Shown here: in pieces, positions 46,503-58,700 of the stretch | How positions within the stretch are numbered: the stretch's first letter is position 1 | Layout: each line of letters begins with the position of its first letter | DNA from: Naegleria gruberi | Taxonomy: Eukaryota | Assembly: GCA_000004985.1 (NCBI GenBank) | Contig: GG738886.1 | DNA: 64,000 nucleotides | Strand: one strand, 5' to 3' | Position numbers and translations under genes: made by a program | Notes under the pieces: generated by a model | Told to the model about the DNA's origin: nothing | Seen by the model: the letters and a program-made list of their open reading frames with translations, nothing else | The model's database searches: none

Positions 46503-49500
46503 ATGATGATCAAAACGACAGAGTTGAGATCGATATTAGTATCCGCATTATTATTCTTCTTCTTGTTAATCATAGTATTTTGTGGATCGATATTTGGGTT
46601 GAGTGGATTTACTTTCGATCAGGATGCATACAACAAGATTTGGAATGATGAAACGGAAATTTGGTTTGGTCAATCGACAGCTCTTACAGGTCAAACTAAA
46701 GAGTGAGTAATCTTTTCTCCAATTATTATAATGATGTAAAGACTAGGATATCCAATGATGACAGGAGTTCAGGCAGCCTTTAAAGAAATCAATGAAAATT
46801 CTGGTGGAGTTTGGGGAGGTAAAAAACTGAGGTTAATTACATTGGATGATGGTTATGAGCCAGCTAGAACTGTAAATAATACGATTCAGCTCATTAATAA
46901 TAACACAATATTTGGATTGATTGGATATATGGGGACAGGTACTTCGCAAGCTGCATTTCCATATCTTACTGAATCAAAACTTCCATTTATTGGTGCATTC
47001 ACGGGAGGATTGTTTTTGAGAACACCTTTTGTTTCTAATATTGTGAATATTAGAGCTAGTTATCAAGACGAAACTGTAGCTATGGTAGAATATTTAGTTA
47101 CAGTAAAAATGGTGAGGAGAATTGCAATCTTTTATCAGAATGATGCATTCGGCATGTCAGGGGTTGATGGTTCTAGTTTGGCATTGACGGCTCTTGGAAT
47201 GAGTTTAGTTTCAAGAGGTTCTTATGAAAGAAATACTATTGTTGTCGCGAAGGCAGTTTCAGATATTGTTGCTGGAAATCCACAGGCAATTATCTGCATG
47301 TCAACATACAAACCAACATTGGAATTTATCAATACAGTCAAGAATAGGACAGATTTTGACCCAAACATTGTTTTCATGACTGGCTCTTTTATTGGTTCTA
47401 ATATTTTACCATACAGAGATAGTGTTGTCATTACTCAGGTATTACCTCCACCAACCAACACAAAATACCCAATTGTTCTAGCCTATCAGAGAGCTATGAA
47501 AGCATCCAATCCAAATTTCGTGCCTTCCTATGTGGAATTGGAAGGATACATTGCTGGAAAGATGGCAGCAAATATATTGACTCAAAGAGTTTCTGGAGAT
47601 TTGACACGCAGTAATTTTCTTCAACTTGTCTATTCCACTAGTACCTATATTATTGATAATCAAGTTATTGGACCGTACAAGCAATGTAGCTCTTCTAGAT
47701 CCTTGCATTACTTTTTTGATGATCCTCAAAATCAAGATGCCTTTCTCTATCCAGTTTTACAACCACGTACAAGATTGATACCACGAAAAATTGAATCAAC
47801 ATTTGTTGCGCCTTGCTCTTGTAATCAAGGTTTGAGATCTATTTGGAAAACTTCTCAAAATGCTGATAGTTCATTTAGTGAAATTTCAGATCCAATGGTT
47901 TGGGATACTACTAGTACTACTAATTATACCTGCTTCTATGATCCAACAAAGACTCTCCCACCAATTGTATTTGGACACATATCATCTGGAGATAAGTATG
48001 ATGAAGATTTTCTAGTTGGAGTGTTATTAGCATTCAACGAAAAAAACAATCAAAAAGGTATACGTGGAAGCGTGCTAAGAATTCTCACAAAAACCCCATC
48101 CAATAGTTCTGCTTCTGCCCTTATTGATACAGTTAATTTGTTGAAAAATGATTTTAATGTACTTGGAATTTTGGGTGGATTTTTACCAAGTTCTAGTTAT
48201 GCTCAATTCGTAGATCAGTTTAAAACTCAATTACCTAACACATTGTTTCTATCGCCTTCCACATCATATGACTCTCCAACATTGAGAAGTGTATTTTCTC
48301 CAAATATTATTCATATTGGATTATCTATTCGTGAAAAGTTGGCCACCTTTTTCGATTTTGAAATGAATGCAAATGGGCATTCCAGATTTTCTGTAGTATA
48401 TGGTAAATCCACTGAAGGGGCAGCAGATTGTAAAGAGTTCAAGAACCAATTGAGCCAATTTGGATTAACTGTTGAGAGTGAATATGAACATTCATCATCT
48501 GTTACAGATTACAAGTTAGTCACACAAGCACTTGTTTCAAATGATGGTAACCCTCAATCTGTTGTTGTTCTACTTCCTGAAAATATATCCTCATTCTCTT
48601 ATTTGAGTACTGTAATCAAGGGTATTGTGAATATTGGAAAGAGAGATGACTTGTCAATATTCTTTTTGTACTTTAAATATACATCTTGGGTGGCAGATGT
48701 TTTTAACTTGATGGCTAGTCTTAATACCAAAAATAATGTATATCTTATTCAAAGATATCCTCATGTTGTGGACACTCAATTACCTTTAGTTGCAGCTTAC
48801 AATAATTTGTTCAGCAAGTATTATTCTTCTTCTGTTTCTACAACTGGATCTTTAGAAGGTTTTTTGGCTGCAAGCTTTTTAATTGAAGTTTTGGAGAATA
48901 TTTCTCCATCTGCAGATATTAATGGACCAAGTACAATTTTCACAATTTACCAAACGCAACAATTTTTGAAATATTCCATTCCATTTGGTAATTTCATTAG
49001 TAATTCTTGCAATTTGGGCATGAGAACAACCTATTTGTACAAGCTGGACGGATCGACCTTTACAAATGTCAAAATTCAATCATTTGACAAGACTAAATGT
49101 GGTCTTTCAGAAGATATTTTTTCCTCTGAAAGTTCCATTGAAAAACAACTTTTATTTGGTAGATTACTACCCGTGGAAGATGCTTCACTTCCATATGATG
49201 ATTTTAGTGTTGGTTTGAATGCATTATTCACATCTTATAACACTAAGGGAACACTGGATACTGCAACTTTGCACTTAAAAACTCTGTACTATTCAAGCAG
49301 AGAGGAAATGACCAAGAAGGCAGAGGAGCTCATTCTAAAATACAAAATTTTTGGATTTTTAGGATCTAGACTAGTCTATGATGTTACTGAACTCAAGGCT
49401 ATAATGGAAAATTACAAGATACCAATTATAGGTCCACTTTCTTCTCAGTTAGCTTTGAGAGAACCTTACTCAAGGTTTGTGGTCAATTTAAGACCTAGCA

Positions 49501-51176
49501 TTGTTGAGGAATCTGTAGTTTTGACAAGATATCTGACCTCTGTTATTACCTCAAGAAAACCAACAGTTCTCATTCTCAGCGGATCATCTTACTATTGGCA
49601 GCAAAATAGTAATAATGTTGTTTCATTTTATTCGAAGAGTATTGAAGGAGTTTCGATTTCATCAACTAGTATTTCGTCAGTCTCTTCCACTTCTGGTAGA
49701 GCTGTAGAAGGTTCTAAGCCAGACTTGGTTCTTTTGTTGGCCTCTCCAACAGAAGTTTCACAATTTCTAACCAACTATCCCACTTTTTCCTCTCTAATTG
49801 GAATACCTTCAGAAATTTCATCTATTTCTAGTTTCAAAACACTCTTAAATGATATACCTTCTTCAGTAATAATTAGTCCTCAATTTTTAGAAAGGTATGA
49901 TAAGGCTTCATCAACAAACTTTATGGCCAGAGATTTCTTGATAGACATGGCCAAATACTCAACCTCATCAAATACCTCCACACTAATGTATGAAGCTTAT
50001 GCAGTGGGTTATATGACAACAACTGTTCTCAAGTTCATGTCCCAAGCCAATATGGATTATAGCAGAGAAAAATTTGTTTCCACATTTTTCGAGAGGTCTG
50101 TATTTGAATTAGGAAATAATGAATTTGGACCGTATGGCGATGAGTGCTCCATACAATCCACTTTTGTAGTGAAAGGCTCTTGTGAATCTGTTTCTGTTTG
50201 TAATTGTAGTCAAGGCGTGAGAGCTCTTCAAATCAATTCTCTAACCTCATCCTCGGATAGTATTTTATATGAAATGAATTTCAAAACATGTGGATTGCAA
50301 GCTATTGAACCACTTCTTTCAGATGGAGCCATTGCTGGTGTTGCTGTTGGGGGTACACTAGCTTTTTTAGGTACTCTATTTGTTATACTAGTACTGATTT
50401 TCTGTGCAAGAAATAGATCCTCAGTTAAGAATGCTCCCAAGTCAGGAAATATCACTTGTGCATTTACGGATGTTCAAAGCAGTACAAAACTTTGGCAAAA
50501 TAATGAAAAGGCTATGAGAAATGCATTAGAAATTCATGACAAGATTATGAGGAAAAATCTTGAATTATTCAGAGGTTATGAGGTCAAGACAAATGGTGAT
50601 AGTTTCTTTGTTGCCTTTAAGGATCCATTTGATGCTGTTTTATGGTCTTTAACAGTTCAATTAGATTTATTGAATGCGAATTGGCCTTCAGAATTATATC
50701 ACGAATATGATTGCAGACAGGAATGGGATGAACGAATCAAGAAACCTTATTGGAGTGGATTGAGAGTGAGAATTGGACTTCATTACGGAAAGGGAGATTG
50801 CAAATGGGATAAAACCATGAAACGCTTCGACTATTTTGGAACAGTTGTAAACAAGTCAGCACGTATTGAAGCATTAGCACATGGAGGACAAGTTTTGATC
50901 AGTGAAGAATTATTGGAAGTAACTAAAGACCTCTTCCAAGATGTTAAGAAAATAGCCAGTTGTGATGAATTTCCAGCCTATCAAACCACTACAAAAGAGG
51001 AGAAGAAACTAGCTGTGGACGACAAAACCTCAACAACAGCTAGTCTCAAACATCAAAATTCTCTCTCTAGTGTATTGGGTAGGAGAAGAACTAAAATTCT
51101 AATTGATAGAACATTCACAGCCGCTGAGTTGGGAGTTTATCCATTGAAGGGACTATCTGAATCGAGCAGACTTTTC
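46503..51176 (+). CDS. Receptor-type class III adenylate/guanylate cyclase: signal peptide, three tandem periplasmic-binding-protein type I (LivK/ANF-receptor-like) modules, one TM, cyclase domain. Model join(46503..46702,46742..>51176); the 3' end is lost in the N gap.
   Basis: Signal-like exon 1 MMIKTTELRSILVSALLFFFLLIIVF. A 39-nt intron gtgagt..gtaaag gives ...ALTGQTKELGYPMMTGVQAAFKEINENSGGVWGGKKL, the LivK N-terminal signature. TM AIAGVAVGGTLAFLGTLFVILVLIFC. Cyclase motifs FTDVQSSTKLW...GYEVKTNGDSFFVAFKD...LRVRIGLHYG...DYFGTVVNKSARIEALAHGGQVLISEE. The ORF then runs into the 50-N gap at 51177. Confidence 0.8.
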
Positions 51177-51226
51177 NNNNNNNNNNNNNNNNNNNNNNNN
51201 NNNNNNNNNNNNNNNNNNNNNNNNNN
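51177..51226. other. Assembly gap (50 N).
   Basis: Run of n. Confidence 0.95.
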
Positions 51227-51230
51227 TTAG

Positions 51231-52400
51231 TATTACAGAACTTTGACAACCTTCAAACTCAATCAAATTAGCAAATAATCTATTTATATAAATTGAAACC
51301 CTGCTATGTGATGTATACATCAATGTTACAAATAATTGTTTGTTGGATATATTTCTCTATGTAATATATTGAGTTTGATTGAATACTGTCAATAACAACA
51401 CTATTAAACTGTTAAAAGGGACCTACATTTTATTTGATAATATCATTTATCTATGTATTATATCGACAAATACCTGGTATCATGATTATATTTTCTATAT
51501 TTTCAATTTGGGAAATGTCGCAATGTCAGTACTTAATTGAAATATTGCCATAATACCAATTATTGATTATATATCATGAAACTGATATTATAGACTTTAT
51601 TTGATGTATATATGAATATATGATTGAAATATTTCAATTTTGACTTTTCTTAATGACATGGGTAGTTCACTAAGGTAGTCACTTTGCCATATGACAACTA
51701 TCTAAGATGATATTGAAATCATTCTAAAATTGATATTATGAGAGTATTTGATGATTACAACATGATGAAAATGAAAAGGAATTAATTATTACAATATTTG
51801 ACATGTAAGAATGTTACCTTTGATCAATTGGATAAGTAGCTTGACAGACATTCCAATTATATAGATATTGATTTCTATTACTCAGATACTTTACAAATAT
51901 CATTTATAAGAGTAGTGGTATATTCTGTTTTTTTATACTTCTTGATATTGACTTGTCATAATATCATGAGTAATTGCTTACATGGTTAAATGACATGTAT
52001 ACTGAATGATGTCCAAATGATATGAAATTGATAGGAACCTCTTTATATGATGTTTATAACATATTGTATCAATTTGGTATTGAATCTCATTGATCTTAGG
52101 GAACTCTCCTATTAAATTTTGTAAAATCAATATTTACCTTCCTATGGCACCATTTCTAATTATTATGATATGAAATTGAATTCTACATCATTATATATCA
52201 TCTAAATCATTATGGTAAAGTTTCAATAGTGGTTCTTTTTCAAGATTTCATCCTTTTCATCATAGTTGACTATGTTTGATTGAGTTAAGAAATCTGTAAA
52301 CATGAAAGTTAAAATAAATTTGATATTCGATGTTTACTCATCAAGTGGAACATTTTCATATTAGGATTCAATATGTTTTGATGAGAAACTCAAAAGTTAT
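51231..52400. repeat. AT-rich non-coding block of diverged short repeats. The terminal roughly 300 bp (52100-52400) is copy 1 of a subtelomeric repeat unit.
   Basis: No ORF. Recurring words (tgatattgaaat, atatcatga, atgacatg). 52128-52400 aligns in inverse orientation with 62480-62780, and 52296-52400 is identical to 63206-63310. Confidence 0.6.
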
Positions 52401-52788
52401 GGGGTTTGGGGTTGGGTTTGGGTTTGGGTTTGGGTTTGGGTTTGGGTTTGGGTTTGGGTTTGGGTTTGGGTTTGGGTTTGGGTTTGGGTTTGGGTTTGGG
52501 TTTGGGTTTGGGTTTGGGTTTGGGTTTGGGTTTGGGTTTGGGTTTGGGTTTGGGTTTGGGTTTGGGTTTGGGTTTGGGTTTGGGTTTGGGTTTGGGTTTG
52601 GGTTTGGGTTTGGGTTTGGGTTTGGGTTTGGGTTTGGGTTTGGGTTTGGGTTGGGTTTGGGTTTGGGTTTGGGTTTGGGTTTGGGTTTGGGTTTGGGTCT
52701 GGGTTTGGGTTTGGGTTTGGGTTTGGGTTTGGAATTGGGTTTGGGTTTGGGTTTGGGTTTGGGTTTGGGTTTGGGTTTGGGTTTGGGT
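52401..52788 (+). repeat. Telomere-like hexamer array (TTTGGG)n, G-rich on the + strand, internal to the scaffold.
   Basis: About 64 tandem units of gggttt, with a few variants (ttggg, gggtct, ggaattggg). It runs directly into the N gap. Confidence 0.9.
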
Positions 52789-55700
52789 NNNNNNNNNNNN
52801 NNNNNNNNNNNNNNNNNNNNNNNNNNNNNNNNNNNNNNNNNNNNNNNNNNNNNNNNNNNNNNNNNNNNNNNNNNNNNNNNNNNNNNNNNNNNNNNNNNNN
52901 NNNNNNNNNNNNNNNNNNNNNNNNNNNNNNNNNNNNNNNNNNNNNNNNNNNNNNNNNNNNNNNNNNNNNNNNNNNNNNNNNNNNNNNNNNNNNNNNNNNN
53001 NNNNNNNNNNNNNNNNNNNNNNNNNNNNNNNNNNNNNNNNNNNNNNNNNNNNNNNNNNNNNNNNNNNNNNNNNNNNNNNNNNNNNNNNNNNNNNNNNNNN
53101 NNNNNNNNNNNNNNNNNNNNNNNNNNNNNNNNNNNNNNNNNNNNNNNNNNNNNNNNNNNNNNNNNNNNNNNNNNNNNNNNNNNNNNNNNNNNNNNNNNNN
53201 NNNNNNNNNNNNNNNNNNNNNNNNNNNNNNNNNNNNNNNNNNNNNNNNNNNNNNNNNNNNNNNNNNNNNNNNNNNNNNNNNNNNNNNNNNNNNNNNNNNN
53301 NNNNNNNNNNNNNNNNNNNNNNNNNNNNNNNNNNNNNNNNNNNNNNNNNNNNNNNNNNNNNNNNNNNNNNNNNNNNNNNNNNNNNNNNNNNNNNNNNNNN
53401 NNNNNNNNNNNNNNNNNNNNNNNNNNNNNNNNNNNNNNNNNNNNNNNNNNNNNNNNNNNNNNNNNNNNNNNNNNNNNNNNNNNNNNNNNNNNNNNNNNNN
53501 NNNNNNNNNNNNNNNNNNNNNNNNNNNNNNNNNNNNNNNNNNNNNNNNNNNNNNNNNNNNNNNNNNNNNNNNNNNNNNNNNNNNNNNNNNNNNNNNNNNN
53601 NNNNNNNNNNNNNNNNNNNNNNNNNNNNNNNNNNNNNNNNNNNNNNNNNNNNNNNNNNNNNNNNNNNNNNNNNNNNNNNNNNNNNNNNNNNNNNNNNNNN
53701 NNNNNNNNNNNNNNNNNNNNNNNNNNNNNNNNNNNNNNNNNNNNNNNNNNNNNNNNNNNNNNNNNNNNNNNNNNNNNNNNNNNNNNNNNNNNNNNNNNNN
53801 NNNNNNNNNNNNNNNNNNNNNNNNNNNNNNNNNNNNNNNNNNNNNNNNNNNNNNNNNNNNNNNNNNNNNNNNNNNNNNNNNNNNNNNNNNNNNNNNNNNN
53901 NNNNNNNNNNNNNNNNNNNNNNNNNNNNNNNNNNNNNNNNNNNNNNNNNNNNNNNNNNNNNNNNNNNNNNNNNNNNNNNNNNNNNNNNNNNNNNNNNNNN
54001 NNNNNNNNNNNNNNNNNNNNNNNNNNNNNNNNNNNNNNNNNNNNNNNNNNNNNNNNNNNNNNNNNNNNNNNNNNNNNNNNNNNNNNNNNNNNNNNNNNNN
54101 NNNNNNNNNNNNNNNNNNNNNNNNNNNNNNNNNNNNNNNNNNNNNNNNNNNNNNNNNNNNNNNNNNNNNNNNNNNNNNNNNNNNNNNNNNNNNNNNNNNN
54201 NNNNNNNNNNNNNNNNNNNNNNNNNNNNNNNNNNNNNNNNNNNNNNNNNNNNNNNNNNNNNNNNNNNNNNNNNNNNNNNNNNNNNNNNNNNNNNNNNNNN
54301 NNNNNNNNNNNNNNNNNNNNNNNNNNNNNNNNNNNNNNNNNNNNNNNNNNNNNNNNNNNNNNNNNNNNNNNNNNNNNNNNNNNNNNNNNNNNNNNNNNNN
54401 NNNNNNNNNNNNNNNNNNNNNNNNNNNNNNNNNNNNNNNNNNNNNNNNNNNNNNNNNNNNNNNNNNNNNNNNNNNNNNNNNNNNNNNNNNNNNNNNNNNN
54501 NNNNNNNNNNNNNNNNNNNNNNNNNNNNNNNNNNNNNNNNNNNNNNNNNNNNNNNNNNNNNNNNNNNNNNNNNNNNNNNNNNNNNNNNNNNNNNNNNNNN
54601 NNNNNNNNNNNNNNNNNNNNNNNNNNNNNNNNNNNNNNNNNNNNNNNNNNNNNNNNNNNNNNNNNNNNNNNNNNNNNNNNNNNNNNNNNNNNNNNNNNNN
54701 NNNNNNNNNNNNNNNNNNNNNNNNNNNNNNNNNNNNNNNNNNNNNNNNNNNNNNNNNNNNNNNNNNNNNNNNNNNNNNNNNNNNNNNNNNNNNNNNNNNN
54801 NNNNNNNNNNNNNNNNNNNNNNNNNNNNNNNNNNNNNNNNNNNNNNNNNNNNNNNNNNNNNNNNNNNNNNNNNNNNNNNNNNNNNNNNNNNNNNNNNNNN
54901 NNNNNNNNNNNNNNNNNNNNNNNNNNNNNNNNNNNNNNNNNNNNNNNNNNNNNNNNNNNNNNNNNNNNNNNNNNNNNNNNNNNNNNNNNNNNNNNNNNNN
55001 NNNNNNNNNNNNNNNNNNNNNNNNNNNNNNNNNNNNNNNNNNNNNNNNNNNNNNNNNNNNNNNNNNNNNNNNNNNNNNNNNNNNNNNNNNNNNNNNNNNN
55101 NNNNNNNNNNNNNNNNNNNNNNNNNNNNNNNNNNNNNNNNNNNNNNNNNNNNNNNNNNNNNNNNNNNNNNNNNNNNNNNNNNNNNNNNNNNNNNNNNNNN
55201 NNNNNNNNNNNNNNNNNNNNNNNNNNNNNNNNNNNNNNNNNNNNNNNNNNNNNNNNNNNNNNNNNNNNNNNNNNNNNNNNNNNNNNNNNNNNNNNNNNNN
55301 NNNNNNNNNNNNNNNNNNNNNNNNNNNNNNNNNNNNNNNNNNNNNNNNNNNNNNNNNNNNNNNNNNNNNNNNNNNNNNNNNNNNNNNNNNNNNNNNNNNN
55401 NNNNNNNNNNNNNNNNNNNNNNNNNNNNNNNNNNNNNNNNNNNNNNNNNNNNNNNNNNNNNNNNNNNNNNNNNNNNNNNNNNNNNNNNNNNNNNNNNNNN
55501 NNNNNNNNNNNNNNNNNNNNNNNNNNNNNNNNNNNNNNNNNNNNNNNNNNNNNNNNNNNNNNNNNNNNNNNNNNNNNNNNNNNNNNNNNNNNNNNNNNNN
55601 NNNNNNNNNNNNNNNNNNNNNNNNNNNNNNNNNNNNNNNNNNNNNNNNNNNNNNNNNNNNNNNNNNNNNNNNNNNNNNNNNNNNNNNNNNNNNNNNNNNN

Positions 55701-58700
55701 NNNNNNNNNNNNNNNNNNNNNNNNNNNNNNNNNNNNNNNNNNNNNNNNNNNNNNNNNNNNNNNNNNNNNNNNNNNNNNNNNNNNNNNNNNNNNNNNNNNN
55801 NNNNNNNNNNNNNNNNNNNNNNNNNNNNNNNNNNNNNNNNNNNNNNNNNNNNNNNNNNNNNNNNNNNNNNNNNNNNNNNNNNNNNNNNNNNNNNNNNNNN
55901 NNNNNNNNNNNNNNNNNNNNNNNNNNNNNNNNNNNNNNNNNNNNNNNNNNNNNNNNNNNNNNNNNNNNNNNNNNNNNNNNNNNNNNNNNNNNNNNNNNNN
56001 NNNNNNNNNNNNNNNNNNNNNNNNNNNNNNNNNNNNNNNNNNNNNNNNNNNNNNNNNNNNNNNNNNNNNNNNNNNNNNNNNNNNNNNNNNNNNNNNNNNN
56101 NNNNNNNNNNNNNNNNNNNNNNNNNNNNNNNNNNNNNNNNNNNNNNNNNNNNNNNNNNNNNNNNNNNNNNNNNNNNNNNNNNNNNNNNNNNNNNNNNNNN
56201 NNNNNNNNNNNNNNNNNNNNNNNNNNNNNNNNNNNNNNNNNNNNNNNNNNNNNNNNNNNNNNNNNNNNNNNNNNNNNNNNNNNNNNNNNNNNNNNNNNNN
56301 NNNNNNNNNNNNNNNNNNNNNNNNNNNNNNNNNNNNNNNNNNNNNNNNNNNNNNNNNNNNNNNNNNNNNNNNNNNNNNNNNNNNNNNNNNNNNNNNNNNN
56401 NNNNNNNNNNNNNNNNNNNNNNNNNNNNNNNNNNNNNNNNNNNNNNNNNNNNNNNNNNNNNNNNNNNNNNNNNNNNNNNNNNNNNNNNNNNNNNNNNNNN
56501 NNNNNNNNNNNNNNNNNNNNNNNNNNNNNNNNNNNNNNNNNNNNNNNNNNNNNNNNNNNNNNNNNNNNNNNNNNNNNNNNNNNNNNNNNNNNNNNNNNNN
56601 NNNNNNNNNNNNNNNNNNNNNNNNNNNNNNNNNNNNNNNNNNNNNNNNNNNNNNNNNNNNNNNNNNNNNNNNNNNNNNNNNNNNNNNNNNNNNNNNNNNN
56701 NNNNNNNNNNNNNNNNNNNNNNNNNNNNNNNNNNNNNNNNNNNNNNNNNNNNNNNNNNNNNNNNNNNNNNNNNNNNNNNNNNNNNNNNNNNNNNNNNNNN
56801 NNNNNNNNNNNNNNNNNNNNNNNNNNNNNNNNNNNNNNNNNNNNNNNNNNNNNNNNNNNNNNNNNNNNNNNNNNNNNNNNNNNNNNNNNNNNNNNNNNNN
56901 NNNNNNNNNNNNNNNNNNNNNNNNNNNNNNNNNNNNNNNNNNNNNNNNNNNNNNNNNNNNNNNNNNNNNNNNNNNNNNNNNNNNNNNNNNNNNNNNNNNN
57001 NNNNNNNNNNNNNNNNNNNNNNNNNNNNNNNNNNNNNNNNNNNNNNNNNNNNNNNNNNNNNNNNNNNNNNNNNNNNNNNNNNNNNNNNNNNNNNNNNNNN
57101 NNNNNNNNNNNNNNNNNNNNNNNNNNNNNNNNNNNNNNNNNNNNNNNNNNNNNNNNNNNNNNNNNNNNNNNNNNNNNNNNNNNNNNNNNNNNNNNNNNNN
57201 NNNNNNNNNNNNNNNNNNNNNNNNNNNNNNNNNNNNNNNNNNNNNNNNNNNNNNNNNNNNNNNNNNNNNNNNNNNNNNNNNNNNNNNNNNNNNNNNNNNN
57301 NNNNNNNNNNNNNNNNNNNNNNNNNNNNNNNNNNNNNNNNNNNNNNNNNNNNNNNNNNNNNNNNNNNNNNNNNNNNNNNNNNNNNNNNNNNNNNNNNNNN
57401 NNNNNNNNNNNNNNNNNNNNNNNNNNNNNNNNNNNNNNNNNNNNNNNNNNNNNNNNNNNNNNNNNNNNNNNNNNNNNNNNNNNNNNNNNNNNNNNNNNNN
57501 NNNNNNNNNNNNNNNNNNNNNNNNNNNNNNNNNNNNNNNNNNNNNNNNNNNNNNNNNNNNNNNNNNNNNNNNNNNNNNNNNNNNNNNNNNNNNNNNNNNN
57601 NNNNNNNNNNNNNNNNNNNNNNNNNNNNNNNNNNNNNNNNNNNNNNNNNNNNNNNNNNNNNNNNNNNNNNNNNNNNNNNNNNNNNNNNNNNNNNNNNNNN
57701 NNNNNNNNNNNNNNNNNNNNNNNNNNNNNNNNNNNNNNNNNNNNNNNNNNNNNNNNNNNNNNNNNNNNNNNNNNNNNNNNNNNNNNNNNNNNNNNNNNNN
57801 NNNNNNNNNNNNNNNNNNNNNNNNNNNNNNNNNNNNNNNNNNNNNNNNNNNNNNNNNNNNNNNNNNNNNNNNNNNNNNNNNNNNNNNNNNNNNNNNNNNN
57901 NNNNNNNNNNNNNNNNNNNNNNNNNNNNNNNNNNNNNNNNNNNNNNNNNNNNNNNNNNNNNNNNNNNNNNNNNNNNNNNNNNNNNNNNNNNNNNNNNNNN
58001 NNNNNNNNNNNNNNNNNNNNNNNNNNNNNNNNNNNNNNNNNNNNNNNNNNNNNNNNNNNNNNNNNNNNNNNNNNNNNNNNNNNNNNNNNNNNNNNNNNNN
58101 NNNNNNNNNNNNNNNNNNNNNNNNNNNNNNNNNNNNNNNNNNNNNNNNNNNNNNNNNNNNNNNNNNNNNNNNNNNNNNNNNNNNNNNNNNNNNNNNNNNN
58201 NNNNNNNNNNNNNNNNNNNNNNNNNNNNNNNNNNNNNNNNNNNNNNNNNNNNNNNNNNNNNNNNNNNNNNNNNNNNNNNNNNNNNNNNNNNNNNNNNNNN
58301 NNNNNNNNNNNNNNNNNNNNNNNNNNNNNNNNNNNNNNNNNNNNNNNNNNNNNNNNNNNNNNNNNNNNNNNNNNNNNNNNNNNNNNNNNNNNNNNNNNNN
58401 NNNNNNNNNNNNNNNNNNNNNNNNNNNNNNNNNNNNNNNNNNNNNNNNNNNNNNNNNNNNNNNNNNNNNNNNNNNNNNNNNNNNNNNNNNNNNNNNNNNN
58501 NNNNNNNNNNNNNNNNNNNNNNNNNNNNNNNNNNNNNNNNNNNNNNNNNNNNNNNNNNNNNNNNNNNNNNNNNNNNNNNNNNNNNNNNNNNNNNNNNNNN
58601 NNNNNNNNNNNNNNNNNNNNNNNNNNNNNNNNNNNNNNNNNNNNNNNNNNNNNNNNNNNNNNNNNNNNNNNNNNNNNNNNNNNNNNNNNNNNNNNNNNNN

